64,000 bases of DNA from the NCBI GenBank assembly GCA_050250895.1, contig JBFWNU010000001.1, forward strand, positions 256,001-320,000, in the 5' to 3' direction. Below, piece after piece: positions 19,440-29,378 of the stretch; the stretch's first letter is position 1; each line of letters starts with the position of its first letter. This DNA comes from Vulcanimicrobiota bacterium. GTDB lineage: Bacteria > Vulcanimicrobiota > Xenobia > Xenobiales > JADMJV01. A model generated the notes under the pieces. The model saw only the letters and a program-made list of their open reading frames with translations. It did no database searches and had not been told where the DNA came from. The translations under genes and the position numbers were made by a program.

Positions 19440-21872
19440 TTAGGGTCGAAATCTCAAGGTGGTGCCGCTGGGGACCGGGGCGGTCCATTGAGTGCCCTCG
19501 GACCCGTCGGCGTTCTCGATGCCGATGGTCATTGCTCCCCCTTCATCGGCATCGGGGTGTCCGAAGTCGGTATCGATGAAGTGGAAGAAGATATCGTTGT
19601 TGCCATTGTCGAGCATCTCGAGCTGGAAGGTGCCTTCGCCCACGGCCAGATAACCCACCTGAGAGCCGCTGACGAAAACCGGCAAGCCATAGCCGACGTT
19701 CTTCCACTCGATGGCCAGAAAAGTACCATCGCCCTCGAGACGGACCTCGGTGTTGGCCGTGGGATGCAGCGTACCCCAGAAGGGAGCGAGCAGATTGTCG
19801 GGGTTGGTGGCCGACGGCAGTTGCTGGTTGCTGAGCGTGAAGGTCGAGGTGTCAAACTGGGCGATGCCAAAGTTGGTCACCGCCAGGAGAGCGTCGGCGA
19901 TGTCGGTGCCGTAGAACTCGAAGTGGAAGCCTGAAGAGACAGTGAAGGCCGCGATCCCGAAGGGGCTGGCGCCCCCGGGATTGAGCCCGGAAAGACTGGC
20001 AATGGCGCCGGTGGTGAAGGTGCGAGGCGAGAAGGGCTGTTGGGTGACCTGATAGACGACGCCGGCCCCATTGGTGGTAAAATCGGCCGTGTTCGAGGTG
20101 TCGCTACCGGCGTTGGTGACGGCGATGGTGCCCGTTCCGGTCGCCACCCCGCTGGGGATGGTGGCCATGATCGTGTTCTCGTCCCAACTGTCGATGGTGA
20201 GGTTGACGGCCGGGTTGACTCCGATGGTCAGACTGACCGTGCCGGTGGTCGAGCCGAAACCGACCCCGGTGAGGGTGACCTGGGTGCCCTCGCTGCCGCC
20301 CTCGGGCGCGATCCCGTCGAGAAAGATGGTGTGGGTGATATCGGCCGAGAGCGCCGCATTGGCATCGAGGCGTCCACCGCTTTGACATTGGCCCGCATAG
20401 TTGCCGGCGCCTGCGTTGGCCGACTCCATCAAACGTTTGCGCACGTCAGAATAGCTGATGCCGGCGAAGTTCGCATAGAGCAGGGCGGCCGCGCCCGCCA
20501 CGTGGGGAGCGGCCTGAGAGGTGCCGACGGCTCCTCCGATGCCGGTGTCGCTGGTGTGGGAAATCCCCAGGATAAAATAACCGCTGCCACCGGTCGGTGC
20601 GGTCGCGCCCGAATCGGCGGTGTCGCCACCGGGGGCGAACAGATCGACGGCGGTAGCGCCAATATTGGAGAACTCGGCCACCGTGTCGGCCGGGCTATGG
20701 GCCCCCACGGTGACGATGTTGGGAGACTTGTAAGCGGCCGGGAAGCGAGGGCTGCTCTCGAGATCGCTGGCCTGGTTACCCGAGGCGCACACACAAAGAA
20801 TGTTGCTGTCAGCGGCCCGATCGATGGCGTCTTTGAGAGCCCGACTCGCGCTATTAGAAGACAAACTCAGGTTGATGACGTTGGCGCCATTGTCGGTAGC
20901 ATAGTCGACCGCCTTGACGACGGCCGCCAGTTCGACCGAATTGGAAGCGCCCGCCACTTTGAGAATCATCAGTTGACAATCATAGGCGAGACCTACGATT
21001 CCGGTATTGTTTCGTTCGGCCCCAATGATGCTGGCCACGTTTCCACCGTGGGAATTCTCGTCGGTGACGTCGCCGTCGTCGGTGCTGGTGAAGCGAAAGT
21101 CGGCGCCGTTGATATCGTCGACATAGCCGTTGCCGTCATCGTCGATGAGATTGCCCGCCGTCTCGCCGGGATTGACCCACAGGTTGTCATCGACCTCGAC
21201 GTGGGTGGTCCTGATCCCCGTATCGATGACGGCCACCACCACCCCCGAACCGGTCGAGGTGTTCCAGGCATCGCAGGCTCGCGAATCCACACCGGCAATT
21301 CCGGCTGGAAAGTTACTGTCTCCCGGCACATTCGAGGCCCCATCGTTGTTGAGACCCCATTGCTGCCCGAAAAAGCCATCGGTGGGCGCCACCGTATCTT
21401 CCAGTTCCATCAGATAGTTGGGCTCGACATAGTCGACATCGGGGTTAGCGCTCAAGGCGAACACAGTGGCCGGAACGGTCTGGCCCGAATTGATCTCGAG
21501 GACTCCGGCCTCGATGCCGTCGAGCACGTCGACCACGGTGGTATCCACGCCGGTCTGCTGCGCCAGCACTTCGAGGCGTTGCCCGCGCTGCAGGACAGAC
21601 ACTTCTCTGCCCAGGGCCGAGCGAGGGTTGATCCCGTTCTTGAACTTGACGATGACCTGGTTTTGGACATAGGCGCCTCGCGGCACCAGATCAGCCCGAA
21701 CGTTCGAGACGAAGGGTCCTGTCAACACAGCTGGATTGGCCACCGCAGCCGTCCCGCCCGCAGATGGCTCGGACGACGTTCCGCCTGCCGTGCCCCCGCT
21801 GCCGCCTCCGCAGCCAGCCAGAACCAGAACAAATAAGGCCGCCAAGAGCCTCGCCCAATGCCTCTCCATCAT
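19440..21872 (-). CDS. S8 (subtilase) serine peptidase lipoprotein with prodomain and IPT/TIG domain
   Basis: Lipobox VLAGC; triad VIDTG / SHGGNVA / GTSQAAPHVAG; oxyanion ASGN; IPT (P.GG..GT.VTLTG.GFG...SW....I...IP). Confidence 0.93.
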   Translation of the reverse strand: MMERHWARLLAALFVLVLAGCGGGSGGTAGGTSSEPSAGGTAAVANPAVLTGPFVSNVRADLVPRGAYVQNQVIVKFKNGINPRSALGREVSVLQRGQRLEVLAQQTGVDTTVVDVLDGIEAGVLEINSGQTVPATVFALSANPDVDYVEPNYLMELEDTVAPTDGFFGQQWGLNNDGASNVPGDSNFPAGIAGVDSRACDAWNTSTGSGVVVAVIDTGIRTTHVEVDDNLWVNPGETAGNLIDDDGNGYVDDINGADFRFTSTDDGDVTDENSHGGNVASIIGAERNNTGIVGLAYDCQLMILKVAGASNSVELAAVVKAVDYATDNGANVINLSLSSNSASRALKDAIDRAADSNILCVCASGNQASDLESSPRFPAAYKSPNIVTVGAHSPADTVAEFSNIGATAVDLFAPGGDTADSGATAPTGGSGYFILGISHTSDTGIGGAVGTSQAAPHVAGAAALLYANFAGISYSDVRKRLMESANAGAGNYAGQCQSGGRLDANAALSADITHTIFLDGIAPEGGSEGTQVTLTGVGFGSTTGTVSLTIGVNPAVNLTIDSWDENTIMATIPSGVATGTGTIAVTNAGSDTSNTADFTTNGAGVVYQVTQQPFSPRTFTTGAIASLSGLNPGGASPFGIAAFTVSSGFHFEFYGTDIADALLAVTNFGIAQFDTSTFTLSNQQLPSATNPDNLLAPFWGTLHPTANTEVRLEGDGTFLAIEWKNVGYGLPVFVSGSQVGYLAVGEGTFQLEMLDNGNNDIFFHFIDTDFGHPDADEGGAMTIGIENADGSEGTQWTAPVPSGTTLRFRP

Positions 21873-21961
21873 ACCTCCCACAGCCCCTCCAGGGTCTGCC
21901 AGAAGTGTTACTTTGTATGTTCACCGAAAAGTCCCTAGTTTGTATCTAAAATATGTAGGTT

Positions 21962-22426
21962 TTAGGAAGAGAGCCTTTCCATCAGCAGAATCCGACCTTT
22001 GGACTCGCCGGTTAGAGTGAATCCCTGGTGAGCCCAGAAGGCCAGGCCATCGTGATTGTCGCGCAGCACCCCCAGGCGCACGCGCCGACAACCCCAGGCT
22101 GCGGCCTGGGCTTTGGTGAAGTCGACGGCCTCACGACCCAATCCCAGACCCCGTCGGTCTTCGGCCAACAGCAAAAGGCCCAGAAAGGCTGCCTCGGCGT
22201 CGGGGTAGCCCTGGACCAGATCCAGGCATCCCTGCAGACCATCCTGCTCCAACCCCCAGACGAACTTCTGCTCGGGCGGTGTGCCCGGGGGCGTCTCTTG
22301 AAGCAGTTGGCGGGCGTCCTCAAGGCAGGGCGGACGTCCCTCGGCTAGCTGAAAATAGGCGGGGGCCCGCTCGAACAAGGCCAGGAGCTGGTCATACTCG
22401 TTGGTGAGCCGGCGAAAGGTGAGCAT
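21962..22426 (-). CDS. GNAT-family N-acetyltransferase
   Basis: Acetyl-CoA motif RRGLGLG and N..GLAFW...GF. Confidence 0.9.
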   Translation of the reverse strand: MLTFRRLTNEYDQLLALFERAPAYFQLAEGRPPCLEDARQLLQETPPGTPPEQKFVWGLEQDGLQGCLDLVQGYPDAEAAFLGLLLLAEDRRGLGLGREAVDFTKAQAAAWGCRRVRLGVLRDNHDGLAFWAHQGFTLTGESKGRILLMERLSS

Positions 22427-22500
22427 GCTCGAGTCTTGGACCCGACACCATCCGCCCCCTCTGCAAGAGGGATCTGCTCAGACAGACCAAAGCCGGGGCC

Positions 22501-23982
22501 ATGAAGGCGAGCAAGATCTTTCTAGGGGTGGTGGGGCTAACCACCCTCCTGCGGTTGCTGGTCATCGGCTGGTCGGGTCCGGCCTTCGAAGAGGCCTACT
22601 ATTGGAACTACGCCCAGCATCCCCAGCTGAGCTACTTTGACCATCCCCCCATGGTGGCCTGGCTCATCGGCGTTTCCACCCGCCTCGGCACCGACCACGC
22701 CTTCTTCATCCGACTGCCGGCCGTGTTGCTGTTTGTGGGCAGTAGCTGGGTCGCCTACCGACTGGCCCTGGCGACACTCGGCCAGAAAGAAGCTGACGGA
22801 ACGGTCATCCTGATGGCCTGCGTTCCCGCCTTCACGCTCTACTCGCTCGCCATGACCCCCGACCCTCCCCTCTTGTTCTTGTGGGGCCTGGGCCTGTATC
22901 TGGGCTGGCAGATGGTAGAGCAGCGACGTCCCTGGCTCTGGCTGGGAATCGGCCTTTGCACGGGTCTGGCCATGTTGAGCAAGTACACGGGAGCCCTCCT
23001 ACCCTTCGGAATCTTCGCTTACCTGGCCCAGCGTCGGGACTGGAAACTGCTGTTTTGCCCTCAGATGGCCCTGGGGGCCGGGCTGAGTTGGCTGGTCTTC
23101 TCGCCGGTGGTGATCTGGAACGCCAACAACGGCTGGGCCTCGTTTCTCTTCCAGGGGGTCGAGCGTTACGGCCAGGCCACCAGTGTGGCTGAGCGGCTGG
23201 GCTCGTGGGCCTTTCAAGCCATCCTGTGGAGCCCCTTCGGCCTGGTGGCCCTGGTGGCGGCCCTGGTCTGGGCCTGGCGTCGACGAGAAAACCCCGGCCT
23301 GCTGTATCTATGGTGGTCGTGCATGCCCCTGTTGGGACTGCTTTCTCTGGTTTCGCTCAAACGGCTGGTCCAGATCAACTGGCCGCTGCCGGCCTATCTG
23401 CCCGCGGCCATTCTGGTGGCCGCCTATTGGCGCGAAGGACTCGAGGAGGGTCGCCACCGCGGTTGGGTGACGGCCACGTTGCTGACCACCGGGTTCTTGA
23501 GCCTGATACCCTACTTCGGCACTCTGATACCCTGGGCCGCTCTCAACAGCATCGACACCGTCCACGGCTGGTCTGAGGCCGCGGTTCGCGTTGACCAGGA
23601 AAGAGAGCGCCACCGGGCGAGCTTCGTGGGCGGCTACGGCTATGAGGTTGCCAGCGAACTTGCCTTCCATCGCCGCGACCCTCGGCACACGCTCTCGCGC
23701 AATCTTTTCTGCGAAATCGCCAAGAGCTACACTTTCTGGCAAGATGTCAATGACTATCGAGGCCAGACCGGAATCATCGTAGCCATCCCCCGCGAACCCT
23801 TCGACGAGCGACTGATGACGATGTATTTCGACGGCTACGAGAAACTCGAGCCCCTGGTCGTCTATCGCGGAGGTCAACCCCTGCGGGAATACGCTCTCTA
23901 CGTGGGACACGGCTACAAAGGTGTAACCCCGGGTTCACAACTCAGGCCTGCAGGTAAGGGCTACGTCAGCTCGCCCGAGTAG
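22501..23982 (+). CDS. ArnT/PMT-family (GT-C) membrane glycosyltransferase
   Basis: EEAYYW...YFDHPPM, TPDPPL, LSKYT, P...WN....W.SF.FQ; many TM helices. Confidence 0.9.
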   Translation: MKASKIFLGVVGLTTLLRLLVIGWSGPAFEEAYYWNYAQHPQLSYFDHPPMVAWLIGVSTRLGTDHAFFIRLPAVLLFVGSSWVAYRLALATLGQKEADGTVILMACVPAFTLYSLAMTPDPPLLFLWGLGLYLGWQMVEQRRPWLWLGIGLCTGLAMLSKYTGALLPFGIFAYLAQRRDWKLLFCPQMALGAGLSWLVFSPVVIWNANNGWASFLFQGVERYGQATSVAERLGSWAFQAILWSPFGLVALVAALVWAWRRRENPGLLYLWWSCMPLLGLLSLVSLKRLVQINWPLPAYLPAAILVAAYWREGLEEGRHRGWVTATLLTTGFLSLIPYFGTLIPWAALNSIDTVHGWSEAAVRVDQERERHRASFVGGYGYEVASELAFHRRDPRHTLSRNLFCEIAKSYTFWQDVNDYRGQTGIIVAIPREPFDERLMTMYFDGYEKLEPLVVYRGGQPLREYALYVGHGYKGVTPGSQLRPAGKGYVSSPE

Positions 23983-24020
23983 ACTGAACTCACAGACCAC
24001 GGACAGATGCGTGACCTTCG

Positions 24021-24048
24021 ACCCGCCCGAATGGCGGGTTCTTTTTTT
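24021..24048 (+). terminator. Intrinsic terminator between convergent genes
   Basis: ACCCGCC-CGAAT-GGCGGGT followed by TCTTTTTTT. Confidence 0.75.
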
Positions 24049-24640
24049 AAAGATGTTCGGCGCTGGCTTGCTCGACCAACGCTTGCAGTTCGCTTTTGGG
24101 GTCCATCGGCTCGTCGGACTCTGCCTCGGACTCTTCGGCGACGGCTGGCTGCTCGACCGGTGGCTTCTTGTTGAAGAGCGAGCGCAGCTTCTCGGTGATG
24201 AAACGCGAGGCTTTGCCCAGAGAGGTCTGGTCTTGCATCCCCGCCCGAATCTGCTTGGCCGTCTCGTGACCGCCCTTGAGGCCGTCGAGGTTGTATTGCT
24301 GAACCAGCCGGGCAACTTCGCCAGCATCGAGCCAGATGCCCCGACAGATCTCACACTCGTCCACCGCAATGCCACCAACATCGATGCGGGCCAGACGCGT
24401 CTTGCTGCAGCGAGGGCAACGGCGGGCCCGCATGGTGATATCCACCGTGTTCTGCCCCTCGAAGCGATAGGCCGGCAGCATAAACTGCTTGCTTAGCCTG
24501 GCGCTAGAGAAGAACTCTCGAAGTTCGTCAGCGTCAAACCAGATACCGAAACAAGCGGTACAGTTGTCGATCTCGAGGCCGGATTGGGGATCTTTGGCCG
24601 GGCTCATGGCGATATTGCAGGCAGGACATCGTAGCGGCAT
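24047..24640 (-). CDS. Double zf-TFIIB-type zinc-ribbon protein
   Basis: ATG 24640; two CPxC...IDxC..C.GIW(F/L)DAxE units. Confidence 0.85.
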   Translation of the reverse strand: MPLRCPACNIAMSPAKDPQSGLEIDNCTACFGIWFDADELREFFSSARLSKQFMLPAYRFEGQNTVDITMRARRCPRCSKTRLARIDVGGIAVDECEICRGIWLDAGEVARLVQQYNLDGLKGGHETAKQIRAGMQDQTSLGKASRFITEKLRSLFNKKPPVEQPAVAEESEAESDEPMDPKSELQALVEQASAEHL

Positions 24641-24713
24641 TTCTATTTTTTCGCCCAGCGCGGCTAGGGACCCTCCAAGAGGACTTCGACCTTCCGCGCG
24701 CCAAGTAGTTAGA

Positions 24714-25574
24714 GTGATTTCAGGGGTTGGCAAAGCTGGCGCGGCGGGGGCAGTCCCCCAGCGACGGGCGCATGGCAGCGCCCCCAACGGCGAGCCCCCC
24801 CCTCTCGACCCCCAGGACCTGCTGGCCGAAAACCAGCGCCTGAAGGCCGAACTGGCTCAACTCAAGAGCCATCGCAGCCCGGTCAGCTTCGATCCAGACC
24901 ACAACCGCATCTCGGTCCAGGGGCTCAAGACTCGCGACTTCGAGATTTGTGCCTTCGAGGCTAGAACCGAAGCGGTCGACACCCTGCTCGAACAGACCCT
25001 CTCCTTAGATGCCCTGCTGGCCCGTCCGGGCGAGCTCGTTTTGCCCAAGCTCGACGGACTCAAAGACACTCCCTTCGAGGTCGACAGTTTCAAGCTCAAG
25101 CTGCCCGGACGCACGCTCGCCCGCTCGGCCCAGGCGATTGGCCGTGACGCCATGCGCCGCCAGGGCATCAAAGAACTCGAGGTGCAACCCATGGGTGGCG
25201 ATCGCATCCGCCTGGCCGGGTCGGTCCGCCGATTCCTGGATGTGCCCTTCGAGGTGTCGGGCAAGCTCGGGCTCGAGGGTAACAAAGTCCGCTTCTCGCT
25301 CGAGAAGGCCCACATCTTCGGTGGTCTGCCCGTGCCGCGGCTGGTGGTGGAGCTGTTCTCGGCCCTGACCGGCAAGGATCTCCAGGAGATGCATGTCCAA
25401 CAGCGCGGCCAGGACTTTCTCATCGACACCGGTGTGTTCATTCCCAAGAACTTCAAAATGGCCCTCACCCGCATCGGGACCGAGGCCGGCCAATTGGTGC
25501 TCGAGGGAGGCAAGCCGGCGCCGCCACCCGAACCCAAAGCCAATCACAATCCCACCACCCTGACGATGGAATAG
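24714..25574 (+). CDS. Hypothetical protein, possibly LmeA/DUF2993-like lipid-binding fold
   Basis: Probable GTG start at 24714; short coiled coil, then beta-rich RIRLAG.V....VPF.V.G.L...G..V.F; the family is a guess. Confidence 0.5.
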   Translation: MISGVGKAGAAGAVPQRRAHGSAPNGEPPPLDPQDLLAENQRLKAELAQLKSHRSPVSFDPDHNRISVQGLKTRDFEICAFEARTEAVDTLLEQTLSLDALLARPGELVLPKLDGLKDTPFEVDSFKLKLPGRTLARSAQAIGRDAMRRQGIKELEVQPMGGDRIRLAGSVRRFLDVPFEVSGKLGLEGNKVRFSLEKAHIFGGLPVPRLVVELFSALTGKDLQEMHVQQRGQDFLIDTGVFIPKNFKMALTRIGTEAGQLVLEGGKPAPPPEPKANHNPTTLTME

Positions 25575-25578
25575 CCCG

Positions 25579-26829
25579 ATGATCGTTCCCCCGCCTCCTC
25601 CTAACGAGGAGCAACGTCTCAAAGCGCTCCACGCCCTCAAGCTGCTCGACACCGAGCCCGAAGAACGGTTCGATCGGATCTGTCGGTTGGCTTGCGAGAC
25701 CTTCGATACCCCGGTGGCCTACGTTTCGCTGATTGCCGAAGAACGCCAATGGTATAAGGCTTCTTGCGGTATTGGTGGGCTCACCGAGACGCCCCGCAGT
25801 CTGTCCTTTTGCGCCTTCACCATCCTGGCCGACGACGCGGTGGTAGTGGCCGACACCCACGAAGACGAAAGATTTCAGGACCATCCCTTCGTCATCGGCG
25901 ACCCCAGGGTGCGTTTCTACCTGGGCTATCCCCTATCGACCCTCGACGGCCACAAAGTAGGCACCTTCTGCATCATGGACTTCAGGCCACGTTCCTCGGT
26001 CGATGACGGGTTGGTCGATCGTCTGCGCGATGTCGCTTTCATCGCTCAAACCGAACTCAACCTGCTCGATTCGCTGCACCTGCAGAAACAGCTCATGGAG
26101 CAGTCTGAACAGCTGCAAAAGCATAACGACTTCATCCGGCGGGTCTTTGGCCGCTACGTAACCCCCGAGGTGGCCGGCATGGTGCTGGCCCATCCCGAGG
26201 GCCTCAAGTTCGGGGGCTCGCGTCGCAAAGTGACGGTCTTGATGAGTGACCTGCGGGGCTTCACTGACATGTCCGAGCGCATCAGTCCCGAAGTGGTGGT
26301 CAACCTGCTCAATCGCTATCTCGAGCGCATGGTGGCCGTCATCGAGAAATACGAGGGAACCATCGACGAGATCATCGGAGACGCCTTGCTCGTGATCTTC
26401 GGCGCTCCCCTGGTGCTCTCGGACGCGGCCGGCCGCGCCGTGGCCTGTGCCATCGAGATGCAGCAGGCCATGGACGACTTCAACGACGAGAGCGAGCGGT
26501 TGGGGGCACCGCGGGTTTCCATGGGGATCGGGGTCAACACTGGCGAGGTGGTGGTCGGCAACATCGGTTGCGATCGACGAGCCAAATACGGAGTGGTCGG
26601 AAGCCCCGTCAATATGACCGCTCGCATCGAGTCGTTCACGGTCGGAGGCCAAATCCTGGCCTCGGAGGCGACGGTCAAAGAGCTGGCGGGCCGCTTGCGC
26701 GTCGACGGTCAACTGCGGGTCAAGATGAAAGGTTTCGACGGAGCCACCACCATCTACGACCTGGGCGGCATCACCGCCCCCTACAACGTCAGTCTGCCCG
26801 TGCTTGCAAATGCCCTCACCGAAGTCTGA
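25579..26829 (+). CDS. GAF-domain class III nucleotide cyclase (guanylate-type specificity residues)
   Basis: GAF (E..RL.AL..L.LLDT.PEERFD; RFYLGYPL...G..VGT.C); cyclase MSDLRGFT, IDEIIGDA, GNIG...KYGVVG..VN..ARIES. Confidence 0.92.
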   Translation: MIVPPPPPNEEQRLKALHALKLLDTEPEERFDRICRLACETFDTPVAYVSLIAEERQWYKASCGIGGLTETPRSLSFCAFTILADDAVVVADTHEDERFQDHPFVIGDPRVRFYLGYPLSTLDGHKVGTFCIMDFRPRSSVDDGLVDRLRDVAFIAQTELNLLDSLHLQKQLMEQSEQLQKHNDFIRRVFGRYVTPEVAGMVLAHPEGLKFGGSRRKVTVLMSDLRGFTDMSERISPEVVVNLLNRYLERMVAVIEKYEGTIDEIIGDALLVIFGAPLVLSDAAGRAVACAIEMQQAMDDFNDESERLGAPRVSMGIGVNTGEVVVGNIGCDRRAKYGVVGSPVNMTARIESFTVGGQILASEATVKELAGRLRVDGQLRVKMKGFDGATTIYDLGGITAPYNVSLPVLANALTEV

Positions 26830-28014
26830 TCACTTCGGCCAGGGCAGATTGTTGCGATAATAGAGCCCGTCTTCGAACTTCTGGAAGAAGTAGTTGATGA
26901 ACGGGTGACGCACCTCGTCGCTGGACGAGTCGGGCCGCAGATTCGATTCGGCCGAATACGAGACCACCGAAGAACCGTCGACCAGGATGCGATACCAGGG
27001 CTGCTGTTCCAGATTGGGGTCGCGGGCCATGCGGTCGCCATCCGGCTCGAAGGCCAGATCATAGTCGACCACCACCCCGCGAAACTTTCGCGAGCGGTGC
27101 CGCACCAGCACTCCCGGCGCGAACTGGGGCCAGTTGGGCAAGCCGCCCCCTCTCTCGAGGGCCTTGAGCAAGAAGGTGAACAGGTTGGCATCGGCCACCT
27201 CTTCAGCCTGTTGATAGGCCGAGACCAGATTCTTCAAAACCCGGGCCACCACGGCCGTGGCCTTCACCGAAGCGTTGAGCACGCCACTCATGGCATGCAG
27301 CGGCACCCGACCGGCCAGTTCGGGCACCAATCGCCCATCCATGAACCGTCCCTGGTGAAAACAGTCGACGAACCAGGTCTGCCCCTCATCGCGCACCCGA
27401 GCCAGAAAGTGCTCAGGGTAGTTGCAAGCCTCGATCCGCAGGTCAAGCCGCCGACCCACCAGCATGTAGAAGGCGCACAGACTGATCGGGATGCCGGTGC
27501 GCGATATCCAGACATCGACCAGGTTGCTGTTGCGGGGGTCGTAGTAATTCTCGGTCTCGCCTCGCAGGCCATCGCGACCGAAAAGAAACTCAGCCAGCGT
27601 GCGGACATCGGCGGGCCCGAAACGGCGACGAAAGGTCTCGGCCAGACTGTCGAGCAACTCGGGCAGGGCCGGTTGATGCAAGAACTCGCTCTGGAAACTG
27701 GCCACCAGGCTCAGGGCCGACTCGAGCCGCTCTTCGTCATCAGGTGTCTTGAGCCAGGCGGCCCAACCTTCGAGCAGTCGCCGGCTGGTATAGCCGGACT
27801 CGGCCAACAAAGACTGCACGGCTCTCCGTTGTCCGGCGGTCGGTTCGAGCTTCTCGTAACACGACTTCAGGTCGGGAATCTGCGTCAGGGCCGAGGCCAC
27901 TTCTTTGCGGACCACCGGCGAAGTGTCATCGGCCAACTGTAATAGAAACGGCAGTTGTTGTCGCACAAATTCAACTTTCTTCAGCAGGAGCCATCGTCCC
28001 TGGGAAACAACCAT
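26830..28014 (-). CDS. SirB1/transglutaminase-like domain fused to a YccV/HspQ domain
   Basis: G...NYYDPRNS.L..V...RTGIPISL, NYPEHFL, ARVLKNL; C-terminal F.PG..VRHR...RGVVV..D...QPWYRILVD....YSAESNL; real start may be near 27966. Confidence 0.85.
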   Translation of the reverse strand: MVVSQGRWLLLKKVEFVRQQLPFLLQLADDTSPVVRKEVASALTQIPDLKSCYEKLEPTAGQRRAVQSLLAESGYTSRRLLEGWAAWLKTPDDEERLESALSLVASFQSEFLHQPALPELLDSLAETFRRRFGPADVRTLAEFLFGRDGLRGETENYYDPRNSNLVDVWISRTGIPISLCAFYMLVGRRLDLRIEACNYPEHFLARVRDEGQTWFVDCFHQGRFMDGRLVPELAGRVPLHAMSGVLNASVKATAVVARVLKNLVSAYQQAEEVADANLFTFLLKALERGGGLPNWPQFAPGVLVRHRSRKFRGVVVDYDLAFEPDGDRMARDPNLEQQPWYRILVDGSSVVSYSAESNLRPDSSSDEVRHPFINYFFQKFEDGLYYRNNLPWPK

Positions 28015-28020
28015 GCCAGG

Positions 28021-28362
28021 GTGAAGAACTATCGTTACTTTCTGGCTTTAACAGCCGTTTTCACCCTGCTGCTGGCAGGAGCGGTCGAGACCGCTCAGGC
28101 TGCCTCGACCAAGAAAGCGATCATTTCGGGTTTCGTGCGCGTCGCCGAAGAAGACGCCCGCGGCAACGTTCTGGCGGTAGAGATCGTGGTGGGTGACGAA
28201 GAAGAGCCCTACCTGGTGTCCAACGCCGGCAAAGGCAAAGAGCTCTTCCTCTACATCGGCCAGTGGGTGCTGGCCGGGGGCAAGGTGAGCGAAGACGAGC
28301 TGGGTTGGAAGACCATCGAAGTCCAGACCTACGATCTGGCCGAGCAGTATCCGGACCGTTAG
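28021..28362 (+). CDS. Small secreted OB-fold-like protein
   Basis: GTG 28021, signal peptide ending AQA, Y.V....G.EL...IGQ.V...G.V pattern. Confidence 0.6.
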   Translation: MKNYRYFLALTAVFTLLLAGAVETAQAASTKKAIISGFVRVAEEDARGNVLAVEIVVGDEEEPYLVSNAGKGKELFLYIGQWVLAGGKVSEDELGWKTIEVQTYDLAEQYPDR

Positions 28363-28364
28363 CC

Positions 28365-29378
28365 ATGCAGTATGACGCTCTGTTGGTCGTCTCGTTCGGC
28401 GGCCCCGACGGACCAGATGATGTCATTCCCTTTCTCGAGAACGTCTTGCGCGGTAAACACGTGCCCCGGGAGCGAATGCTCGAGGTAGCCGACCACTATC
28501 AGCATTTCGGTGGCAAGAGTCCCATCAACGAGCAAAACCTCGCTCTGATCGCCGCTCTCGAAAAAGAGCTGGCAGCCCACGGTCCCAAACTGCCCATCTA
28601 TTTTGGCAATCGCAACTGGCATCCGCTTTTGCCCGACGCCCTGGCCCAGATGCGAGCTGACGGGGTCAAGCGGGCCCTGGCCTTCTTCACCTCGGCCTTC
28701 AGCAGCTATTCGGGCTGTCGCCAATATCGTGAAAATCTCGCCCAGGCCAGCGCGGAAGTCGGCGAAGGTGCCCCTCAAATCGACATCCTGCGCAAGTTCT
28801 ATAACCACCCCGGCTTCATCGAGCCCATGGCCGAGGCCCTCAAAGAAACCCTCACCCGCTTACCCAGGGCCGAGGTGCTTTTCACGGCCCACAGCATCCC
28901 CTCGGTGATGGCCCAGCACTGTAACTACGAATCGCAGCTGGCCGAAGCTTGCCGGTTGGTGGCCGAGCAAGCCGGAGTATCCCGCTGGGAACTCGTCTAC
29001 CAAAGCCGCAGCGGCCCGCCCCAGCAACCCTGGCTCGAGCCCGACATCTGTGACCGCATCGAAGAGCGGTGCGAGCAGGGCCTTGAACAGTTGGCCATCG
29101 TGCCCATCGGCTTTATCTCGGACCATCTCGAGGTGCTCTATGACCTCGATACCGAGGCCGTCGAGCTCTGCCACGAGAAGGGCGTAGCCGTCGAGCGGGT
29201 GCCCACGGTCGGGGTGCATCCCAAGTTCGTGTCGATGATCGCCGAGTTGATCCGCGAGCGAATGGATGGCGGCGTCCCCAAGCGCTGCCTGGGCAGCCAG
29301 GGGCCCAGCCACGACGTTTGTCCGACCGACTGCTGCCTTTACCCAGCCACCCGTCCCACCCGGGCCGCCGTCAACTAA
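28365..29378 (+). CDS. hemH: Ferrochelatase
   Basis: SFGGP, GGKSPIN, RNWHP, FTAHSIP, YQSRSG...WLEP, PIGFISDHLEVLYDLD; C-terminal Cys cluster C..DCC. Confidence 0.96.
   Translation: MQYDALLVVSFGGPDGPDDVIPFLENVLRGKHVPRERMLEVADHYQHFGGKSPINEQNLALIAALEKELAAHGPKLPIYFGNRNWHPLLPDALAQMRADGVKRALAFFTSAFSSYSGCRQYRENLAQASAEVGEGAPQIDILRKFYNHPGFIEPMAEALKETLTRLPRAEVLFTAHSIPSVMAQHCNYESQLAEACRLVAEQAGVSRWELVYQSRSGPPQQPWLEPDICDRIEERCEQGLEQLAIVPIGFISDHLEVLYDLDTEAVELCHEKGVAVERVPTVGVHPKFVSMIAELIRERMDGGVPKRCLGSQGPSHDVCPTDCCLYPATRPTRAAVN

Noticed and set aside
20040-21836. Long antisense ORFs (also 54644..56185, 58616..59863, 26905..27942, 40979..42121)
   Set aside because: They mirror well-supported genes on the other strand, a common artefact of high GC3, and carry no motifs.
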